Source: Candidatus Saccharimonadota bacterium (lineage in GTDB: Bacteria; Patescibacteriota; Saccharimonadia; Saccharimonadales; UBA10212). From it: DNA of 64,000 nucleotides. Of the stretch, positions 57,192 through 64,000 are shown piece by piece. Position numbers and translations under genes: made by a program. Under the pieces are notes generated by a model. The model was not told where the DNA came from. It saw only the letters and a program-made list of their open reading frames with translations, and ran no database searches. Location of the stretch: the NCBI GenBank assembly GCA_022841445.1, contig JALHRM010000004.1:11429-75428 (forward strand), read 5' to 3'. The first letter of the stretch is position 1; every line of letters begins with the position of its first letter.

Positions 57192-58505
57192 ATGGATGAG
57201 ACTCTGCTAAAAAAATCTGTTATTGATGTTATAAATGCCAACGACCGCGGAACGCACACCGTACCGGCCGAAAAGCTCTATTCGCACCAGTGGCTATGGG
57301 ATAGCTGTTTCGTCGCTATCGGCCTGCGACACATGAACATTAAGCGCGCACAGCACGAGGTGCTACGCCTGCTTCATGGTCAGTGGGCTAACGGTATGGT
57401 GCCACACATGATATTCGCCAAGGGCGACCAGCACCGTCGTGACCGCGAACTATGGCGTAGTTACGTTAGCCCGTTCGCTCCTGATCACCTCTATACCTCA
57501 GGCATTACCCAGCCGCCAATGCTGGCCGAAGCCATTGTAAGAATTGGTGAAAAAATGAATCTCGCCGATCGTCGCAACTGGTATCAGACCGTGTACCCTG
57601 GACTGCTTCACTATCATCAATGGATGTACAGTGACCGTGACCCGCACAATGAAAGTCTGGTTTTGTCACTACACCCTTACGAAACCGGCTTTGACAATAC
57701 ACCACCGTGGATTGTTAGCATGCGTGAACACAGTATGCCGTTTTGGATCACCGCTCTTGAAAAACTTAAATTAGAATCAGTCGTGACGTTGCTGCGCCGT
57801 GACACACGCTATATTCCGCCAGGCCAGCGTATCAGCACCATTGAAGCCCTCGCCTTTTTTTCGGCGCTGCGCCGTCTTAGACGTAAAGCTTATAATACTG
57901 AAAGAATCCTGTCTCGGTCGTTATTTGCTATAGAAGATCTGGCTGTTAATTGTATAGCCATACGCGCTAACCAGCATTTGCAAGATATCGCCAAAACTAT
58001 TCGGCGAAAATTGCCGGATGAGCTGACACAAGACATTGCCCGAAGTCATGATGCGCTGGATGAGCTCTGGGACGCCAGTAGCGGGCAGTATTACTCACGC
58101 AATTTTGTGACGCATAAACTGATTTTAGAACCAACAGTTGCCACGCTTTTGCCGCTCTACAGCGGAGCCATTACGAAAGAACGAGCCAAACAACTGGTCG
58201 ATTTATTGCACAGCAAACAACATTTCGCCGCCAAATACCCAGCACCAAGCGTCCCGCTTAATTCGACTTATTTTGATCCGCTGCGTTACTGGCAAGGGCC
58301 ATCCTGGATCAATATCAACTGGTTAGTTGCAGACGGACTAACCCGCTATGGGTATAGCAAAGAAGCATTAATGCTTCGGCAAAAGTCGCTTGAACTAGTC
58401 GCTGCACACGGACCGTACGAGTATTTTAGTCCGCTCGATGGAACACCTGCCGGAGCCCGCGGCTTTAGCTGGACGGCGGCTCTCATACTTGACTGGCTGA
58501 GCTAA
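57192..58505 (+). CDS. MGH1-like GH63 glycoside hydrolase (glucosyl/mannosylglycerate hydrolase-like)
   Basis: YSHQWLWDS, TQPP, HPYETGFDN, YWQGPSW, EYF, FSWTAA. Confidence 0.88.
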   Translation: MDETLLKKSVIDVINANDRGTHTVPAEKLYSHQWLWDSCFVAIGLRHMNIKRAQHEVLRLLHGQWANGMVPHMIFAKGDQHRRDRELWRSYVSPFAPDHLYTSGITQPPMLAEAIVRIGEKMNLADRRNWYQTVYPGLLHYHQWMYSDRDPHNESLVLSLHPYETGFDNTPPWIVSMREHSMPFWITALEKLKLESVVTLLRRDTRYIPPGQRISTIEALAFFSALRRLRRKAYNTERILSRSLFAIEDLAVNCIAIRANQHLQDIAKTIRRKLPDELTQDIARSHDALDELWDASSGQYYSRNFVTHKLILEPTVATLLPLYSGAITKERAKQLVDLLHSKQHFAAKYPAPSVPLNSTYFDPLRYWQGPSWININWLVADGLTRYGYSKEALMLRQKSLELVAAHGPYEYFSPLDGTPAGARGFSWTAALILDWLS

Positions 58506-59116
58506 GAGTTTTTTCGCATACTGGTTAACTTAGCAACCACGGCTGAGACAATGTCGCTCAGTTTGGTTTCGGAGCTTACCGTCATATCAAAATTACGGTC
58601 TTGGCCAAATTCTTTCCAATCATTCCACCATGAATCAAGATTTTCCAGGTAGTTGTCTTTTGCGCGTTGATCTTTGTCTGGATTATCGCGAATTCGTCGA
58701 CGCAGCATATCGAATGGAATATCAAAGCGTATGAGCATGATCTCGTAGCCATATTTTATTGCAAGATCTTCATAAAAGGCATACTGCCTGTCTACCGAGG
58801 CATCGACGATTACCAAGCCGTTGCTAGCAGTCTGCAGTCTCTCAAAAATACGCCTGACAACTTCTTTAACGACAGCTTCTCTTTCTTCTGATTCTAGGTT
58901 CGGCCAGCGATTCTGCAGTAGTTCACGCTGATCGTCGCTAGAAATTCGAACACCCAATAGCGATTTTTCAATTTTTTCCGAAGTTAGGGTTTTGCCACTG
59001 CCCGGTACACCACTCATCAGCACCAGACATTTGCGATGTGGCTCAGTAATAAATCGCAGCTGGGGCATGTATTCCTGTAACAACCATTGAATTTTCTCTT
59101 CTGATCCTTCCAGCAT
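58502..59116 (-). CDS. P-loop kinase (AAA_33-like)
   Basis: MSGVPGSGKT, SSDDQR, VIVDAS, RRRIR lid. Confidence 0.8.
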   Translation of the reverse strand: MLEGSEEKIQWLLQEYMPQLRFITEPHRKCLVLMSGVPGSGKTLTSEKIEKSLLGVRISSDDQRELLQNRWPNLESEEREAVVKEVVRRIFERLQTASNGLVIVDASVDRQYAFYEDLAIKYGYEIMLIRFDIPFDMLRRRIRDNPDKDQRAKDNYLENLDSWWNDWKEFGQDRNFDMTVSSETKLSDIVSAVVAKLTSMRKNS

Positions 59117-59118
59117 AC

Positions 59119-60321
59119 TTACTCCAGCAAGGCTGCCTGTTCAGCTCGCTCAACGGTTTTGTCGGCCAGATTTTGCACTTTGCCAAGTTTACGCTCTATT
59201 GTGCGCGACTTGGTCGAAGCTCTATCAAGCTCATTCGTAACACCGATAAGTTTGTCACGCGTTTTTTCCAGCAGGCCACCGAAAGTACCAAATTCTTTTT
59301 TAACGTCGGTCAGTAGCTCCCAAACCGCTCCTGTTTGCTTGGCAATCGCCAGACTACGAAAGCCCATTTGAAGCGCATTGAGCATGGCTGTAACCGTACT
59401 AGGGCCTACAATTGCTACTCGGTAATCCCTTTGGATTTGCTGCATCAGTTCGGCTTTTTGCATGACTTCGGCATATATCCCTTCGGTTGGTAAGTATAGG
59501 TAAGCAAATTCAAGCGTCTTGGGCGGATCAATATATTTTTCGCGAATTTTTTTCGCCTCACGCTTAATGGTTGATTCTAAGTCCTTATGTGCAACTGCAA
59601 GCAACTGGAGGTCGGCCTTTTCCTGGGCGGTGACCAGACGTTGGTAATCCTCAATGGGGAACTTAGCATCAATCGGCAGCAGCACAAATTGATCATCACT
59701 TTCTTTGCTGGGAATTTTTATTGCAAACTCAACCCTTTCCGAACTGCCGGTTTTTATGGCAACGTTTGTAGTGTACTGTTCGGGTGATAACACTTGTTCC
59801 AAAATGGCTCCAAGCTGCACTTCGCCCCAAGTACCACGAGTTTTAACGTTGGTTAATACGCGCTTAAAATCACTAACGTTACTGGCCAGTTCTTGCATTT
59901 CGCCCAATCCTTTATGAACCTGCTCAAGCCGCTCATCTACACGCTTAAAACTCTCGCCGAGACGCTTTTCCAGCGTAGCCTGTAATTTTTCATCAACAGT
60001 CGCCCGCATGCGTTCTAGTTTTTCGGCATTATCTTTTTGCAGCAACTCAAGTTTCGTTTCGACAGTTTTTCTGATCTGTTCTAGCTTTTGGTCATTCTTG
60101 TCACGCAAATCTTCAAGTCGCTTTTCTAGGCTGTCGCGCGACTGAGTGATGCCGCTGTTTAGTTCTTGACGCAGATCTTTTTGGGCCTGCGCGTTTTCCT
60201 GGCGGCTTTTGCCGAATTCGTCGCGAACTGTTTTGTCGCTATCACTAGAAGTTTTTCTGGCCACTAAAAATACCAGCATGAGTGCGTTCAATGCGCCCAA
60301 AATAACCAATAGCGTTGCCAT
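59119..60321 (-). CDS. rmuC: DNA recombination protein RmuC
   Basis: TM plus coiled coil, KTRGTWGEVQL, PIDAKFP, LPTEGIY, GPST. Confidence 0.93.
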   Translation of the reverse strand: MATLLVILGALNALMLVFLVARKTSSDSDKTVRDEFGKSRQENAQAQKDLRQELNSGITQSRDSLEKRLEDLRDKNDQKLEQIRKTVETKLELLQKDNAEKLERMRATVDEKLQATLEKRLGESFKRVDERLEQVHKGLGEMQELASNVSDFKRVLTNVKTRGTWGEVQLGAILEQVLSPEQYTTNVAIKTGSSERVEFAIKIPSKESDDQFVLLPIDAKFPIEDYQRLVTAQEKADLQLLAVAHKDLESTIKREAKKIREKYIDPPKTLEFAYLYLPTEGIYAEVMQKAELMQQIQRDYRVAIVGPSTVTAMLNALQMGFRSLAIAKQTGAVWELLTDVKKEFGTFGGLLEKTRDKLIGVTNELDRASTKSRTIERKLGKVQNLADKTVERAEQAALLE

Positions 60322-60366
60322 ATGCTCTAATTATACGCGAATGAACCAGGAACTCATTTTCAGAAC

Positions 60367-61194
60367 CTACTCGTGGGACTCGCCTTCTGCGGGTTCGTGC
60401 TCGGCCGATTCATTATGAGAATACGATTCAGGAAGATAGTTGTGTGACAACTGTACGGCGAAGGCCACGACGCCAACCCCGAGTATGAGCAATAGCGCTG
60501 ATCCGTCGACAAGCCGGCGTTTCATATCTAGATGTTCATGGATAGTCGGGATGACATCACTAAGTGCAATGTACAGTAAAAACCCAGCGCTAATTCCAAG
60601 CAGCGCACCAATCGGTAGACGCTCATCGGAACCTATAGCAAATGTGATAAGCGCGGCAACTGTTGTTGCTAACGCACTGCCGATGTTAACCAGCAAAACG
60701 TGGAGGCGACGCATACCCCTACTCAGCAGTAATCCGAAATCACCTATTTCCTGGGGGATTTCGTGAGCTGCGATAGCGATTGTCGTAACGATACCGGTGG
60801 GAACATTGATTAAGAACGCCGTTGCTATCGCTACTCCATCAAGCGCATTGTGCAGTGTATCACCAACAATAATTAAGCCATTCTGGCGACCACTTACTAT
60901 TTTTTTGTCATGCTCATGATGGTGATGAAACCAGCTCAAAAAACGCTCCATGAAAAAAAAGCCGATAATGCCGATGAGGGCAAACGTAAGAACGGTCTGC
61001 GGACTACTCGCTTCTATGCCTTCTGGTAACAAGTCAAGGAACACTGCAGCGAGCAAAGCTCCAGCTGCAAATGGTGTGGCGATCTTAAGCAGCACCGCCG
61101 CCAATGGTTTGCGGCTAATAAGCAATATGCCACCGATAAGTGAAATTACACCGCCGATAAGGGAAAATATCAGTACATCAAAATAGGTTGCCAT
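60367..61194 (-). CDS. ZIP family divalent metal transporter
   Basis: HHHHEH loop, GDTLHNALDG, HEIPQEIGDF, multiple TM helices. Confidence 0.93.
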   Translation of the reverse strand: MATYFDVLIFSLIGGVISLIGGILLISRKPLAAVLLKIATPFAAGALLAAVFLDLLPEGIEASSPQTVLTFALIGIIGFFFMERFLSWFHHHHEHDKKIVSGRQNGLIIVGDTLHNALDGVAIATAFLINVPTGIVTTIAIAAHEIPQEIGDFGLLLSRGMRRLHVLLVNIGSALATTVAALITFAIGSDERLPIGALLGISAGFLLYIALSDVIPTIHEHLDMKRRLVDGSALLLILGVGVVAFAVQLSHNYLPESYSHNESAEHEPAEGESHE

Positions 61195-61203
61195 AATGCA
61201 ACA

Positions 61204-61243
61204 AGCTTAGTGTTTCATGAACAATCTTGCAAATTAGTTGCAA
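61204..61243 (-). promoter_or_regulatory. ZIP gene promoter with a palindromic operator (Zur-like)
   Basis: TTGCAA-N5-TTGCAA palindrome at 61227-61243. Its proximal half serves as the -35, followed by 17 nt and the -10 TAAGCT (61209-61204). Confidence 0.6.
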
Positions 61244-61297
61244 TTAATGCTTCACGTAAAGGGGTGCTGCTCTTTTTCTGCAACTATACCGAAGCGT

Positions 61298-62098
61298 CTA
61301 CTCCGCTATGGGCAGCACCAATTTCAAATCTTCACGGGCGGCAGCCATCATTTCTTTAAATGTAGTTGTTGCTTCTTTGAGTGATGTCTTGCGTACTTCC
61401 TGGGCTGATTGGATAACCCCTTTTAACGTATTTGCCCCTTTGTTGTTTTTATATATTTCACGGGCAGTTTTTATCTCGCTTTTCATGGTTTCGATTGCCT
61501 GCTTCCCCTGAGTCGGACAATTTGCTATAGCTTTTTCAACCGCAGCCTGTATGGCGCTCCTTAAAACCATTGCATCCGCCTGGCGGTTTGCTTTAAATTC
61601 GCTAATCGAGGCGGTAGTTGCATCTTTGAATACTTGGTTGGCGGTATCAATACTGGTTCGGCGAAGTTCGATAGCAGCTGACACAGCCTCAACATACGCT
61701 TCAACGGCGGCCTTTTGCTCGTCAGTACTTGCCTTTTCGCGCAATTTAGCAAAGTTATCTTGACGCTTTTTGTCCCATTCACCCCTTTTGTCGGTGAGTT
61801 TCTGGTTCTGTTGCTCCTGCCTCTCAACACGCTTTTCATTACGGGTCGTAGCGCTTTGATCAATCTTTGTCCGCTTTTCGTCGACTTGACCACTTAGCCT
61901 GGTTGATAAGCCAGTTATATTAGCACAAGCAGCTTGTGAATTTTGAGCAGTCACTTGTTTCGACGATTTGTCAGTAACAGGTTTTTGGGGGTTATTGCGC
62001 AGCTGCTCGCCTTGAGCAAAAGCAGCACTGGGTACTACCAAAGAAACAAACGCTAAACCCATGAATATAAAAACAAATGGTCTATAAATTACTTTCAT
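61298..62098 (-). CDS. Secreted alpha-helical coiled-coil protein
   Basis: Sec signal peptide ending AFA|Q, then long charged helices and two Cys. Start is 62098 or 62107. Confidence 0.75.
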   Translation of the reverse strand: MKVIYRPFVFIFMGLAFVSLVVPSAAFAQGEQLRNNPQKPVTDKSSKQVTAQNSQAACANITGLSTRLSGQVDEKRTKIDQSATTRNEKRVERQEQQNQKLTDKRGEWDKKRQDNFAKLREKASTDEQKAAVEAYVEAVSAAIELRRTSIDTANQVFKDATTASISEFKANRQADAMVLRSAIQAAVEKAIANCPTQGKQAIETMKSEIKTAREIYKNNKGANTLKGVIQSAQEVRKTSLKEATTTFKEMMAAAREDLKLVLPIAE

Positions 62099-62411
62099 TG
62101 ACTGCATCCCCCATTGACTCCATAGCTCCTACCTCTGCCAAAGCATCGTTATAACTGTCTTTTTCTAGTTCTGCGGTGATAGATTCATCATCAGCTGCAG
62201 CCGCAGTAGCGACTGCTTCTACACCCTCGATTGTACCGACATCCTGGCTGGATAAGCTTGAATTGCCAGTCGAATTTTGATCGCTCGCAGAGCTACTTCC
62301 GCCACTATTCTGATGCATGACGTAGAACCCAAGTCCAGCCAGTAGGGCGACTATGACAATAATGAGCAGCCCTTCTACGACCGAAAATCCGTTCTGATTC
62401 GTTGTTCTCAT
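62082..62411 (-). CDS. Type IV pilin-like protein (class III signal peptide)
   Basis: NQNG|FSVVE followed by a hydrophobic helix, then a Ser-rich linker and acidic tail. Confidence 0.82.
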   Translation of the reverse strand: MRTTNQNGFSVVEGLLIIVIVALLAGLGFYVMHQNSGGSSSASDQNSTGNSSLSSQDVGTIEGVEAVATAAAADDESITAELEKDSYNDALAEVGAMESMGDAVNESNL

Positions 62412-62505
62412 TTTGTTATGTCCTTCATGTTACTTACGCTTTTTATTTTCTTATAATACGATTGATCTTCCCTGTTTTCAACTTGAGCTCGTATACTGAA
62501 AGAAC

Positions 62506-63687
62506 ATGGAGGCTCCTACTATCCCATTATCGGAACAACTTCGCCCTAAACGTCTGGCCGACGTACTCGGGCAAAAGCATATCCTACAAGATGGACAGTT
62601 ACTGCATCAGCTGGTCGCCAGAAAGCAGCCCGCCAATCTTATATTTTGGGGACCGCCAGGTAGTGGCAAAACGACCCTTGCCAGAATAATTGCTAACGAA
62701 CTAGAGGCTGATTTTATTGAGTTAAGTGCTGTTTCTGCGGGGGTGTCGGATGTTAGAGCCGTCATAAAACAAGCCGAACAAAATCGACGGCTGGCCATAA
62801 AAACCGTGCTTTTCGTTGACGAAATTCACCGCTTTAACAAATCACAACAAGACGCCTTCTTGCCCCACGTAGAAAGCGGGCTAATTACACTAATCGGCGC
62901 CACGACCGAAAATCCTAGTTTTGAAATTATAAGTCCGCTACTGTCTCGGAGCCGTGTCGTTACGCTGCAAGCTATTGAAAAGAAGGACATTATGACGCTG
63001 CTGCGTCGGGCATCGAAGCACCTAAAAATAACTCGCAGAATAAAGAATCCTGTATATCAATTAATCGCCGATCTTAGCGGAGGAGATGGCCGCGCGGCAC
63101 TTAATATTTTGGAGTTGGCGGTGGCGATATCTGATGAGCAAATTACAAAGGAAACTATCCAAAAGGCCGTGCAAAGAAAAACTCCCGCTTTTGATAAAAA
63201 TGGTGAACACCACTACAACGTCATCAGTGCCTTTATCAAATCTATGCGCGGCGGAAACCTACACGCCAGTTGTTATTACTTAGCACGAATGCTTCAAGGC
63301 GGCGAAGATCCCAAATTCATCGCGAGACGGATGATTATATTTGCAAGCGAAGATATAGGTGTCGCAGGCAGCGCGGCACTCAATTTGGCAGTTAGTACTT
63401 TTGCAGCCGTGGAACGGCTTGGTTTGCCGGAGTGCCAATACGCTCTGTACCACTGCGCTATCGTGCTTAGCGGCAGCAAAAAATCACGACTTGTCGCCGA
63501 TGCTTTGGCGGCAAGTAGCCAGGCGGCAGCCGATCACCCCAATGCCGAAGTGCCACTGCATCTTCGTAACGCGCCAACTGATTTAATGAAGAATTTAGGT
63601 TATGGTAAGGGTTACAAAAAGTATGTTAACGATGATGAACTGAGTGGTTTCTTACCTGATGAACTTCAAGATTTCAAAATTTTTTAG
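62506..63687 (+). CDS. rarA: Replication-associated recombination protein A (MgsA)
   Basis: LRP, WGPPGSGKTT, DEIHRFNKSQQD, ATTENP, SAFIKSMRG, ASEDIG, VPLHLRNAPT. Confidence 0.97.
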   Translation: MEAPTIPLSEQLRPKRLADVLGQKHILQDGQLLHQLVARKQPANLIFWGPPGSGKTTLARIIANELEADFIELSAVSAGVSDVRAVIKQAEQNRRLAIKTVLFVDEIHRFNKSQQDAFLPHVESGLITLIGATTENPSFEIISPLLSRSRVVTLQAIEKKDIMTLLRRASKHLKITRRIKNPVYQLIADLSGGDGRAALNILELAVAISDEQITKETIQKAVQRKTPAFDKNGEHHYNVISAFIKSMRGGNLHASCYYLARMLQGGEDPKFIARRMIIFASEDIGVAGSAALNLAVSTFAAVERLGLPECQYALYHCAIVLSGSKKSRLVADALAASSQAAADHPNAEVPLHLRNAPTDLMKNLGYGKGYKKYVNDDELSGFLPDELQDFKIF

Positions 63688-63974
63688 ACAGATTGTTCTG
63701 CGCGCAGGTACCTGCTCACAGTTCTCAAAACAGTTGGCAAGGCGTGAAATGGATGTGGTGCCAATAGCCCCACTAGGTTGTCGGTGTGTTCTTCGACGTC
63801 AAATTGCGGAAATTCCTGAGTAAAAGCATATACAGCCTTCGCAACTCTCGCCAGTTCTTGGCGGTACATAGTGGTAACAGCAGCAAGAACACGATACTTG
63901 AACGCAGCGACATTAGGGAAAGCTCCCGAGTAATCATCAATTAAGCTCAATAAATCGTCCTTATGTTTGCTCAC
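63684..63974 (-). CDS. Hypothetical protein (frame is open to the window edge, so it may start further upstream)
   Basis: 96-aa ORF convergent on rarA with a 4-nt overlap; no in-frame stop between 63974 and 64000. Confidence 0.55.
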   Translation of the reverse strand: MSKHKDDLLSLIDDYSGAFPNVAAFKYRVLAAVTTMYRQELARVAKAVYAFTQEFPQFDVEEHTDNLVGLLAPHPFHALPTVLRTVSRYLRAEQSV

Positions 63975-64000
63975 ATAATCGTAATGTAAACCACAAGTTT

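Noticed and set aside
8803..62505. Shared SOS/LexA box upstream of radA, uvrB, rmuC, rarA and recG
   Set aside because: I compared the upstream regions by eye and found no common palindrome or spaced repeat.
484..63586. Numerous 60-150 aa ORFs antisense or out of frame within long genes (e.g. 10535-10927, 47549-47998, 26365-26775)
   Set aside because: They are shadow ORFs of well-supported genes, with no motifs or initiation signals.
1..64000. CRISPR array, tRNA/rRNA, IS or prophage, and alternative genetic code 25
   Set aside because: No spaced repeats, cloverleafs, transposase, integrase or phage genes were seen. Intergenic gaps are short (under about 200 nt), and conserved genes end properly at TGA.

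Overview
This is a gene-dense, mostly housekeeping chromosomal segment with about 60 CDSs, read in genetic code 11 (TGA is used as a stop). I see no rRNA, tRNA, CRISPR array, IS element or prophage. Gene content suggests a CPR bacterium, probably Ca. Saccharibacteria (TM7). This is an inference from the split transketolase/fba/pfkB cluster, the short Rel protein, orphan pilin-like genes and scarce Shine-Dalgarno sites. Core genes include recG, tyrS, a class A PBP, radA, clpC, nusA, pepN, rnhB, rplS, a pilB-like ATPase, dnaE, two galU paralogs, gatCAB, uvrB, a gap-rpiB-rpe-tkt-fba-pfkB operon, rel, ppa, trxB, an RND permease, pheST, yajQ, rmuC, a ZIP transporter and rarA. The most notable observations are: (1) a GH63 (MGH1-like) hydrolase preceded by a highly diverged paralog whose two catalytic acids appear to be replaced by Arg; (2) a membrane-anchored protein with a HEPN-like RNxxxH motif inserted between gatA and gatB; (3) pervasive leaderless or near-leaderless promoters, with the -10 box 6-11 nt before the start codon; (4) readable regulatory sites, namely a CIRCE at clpC, a terminator in the nusA leader, NrdR-like boxes at the glutaredoxin-trxB genes and a Zur-like palindrome at the ZIP gene; (5) a stand-alone shortened RND permease plus several lipid-handling candidates. 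All calls come from motif reading and by-eye alignment; no database searches were run.
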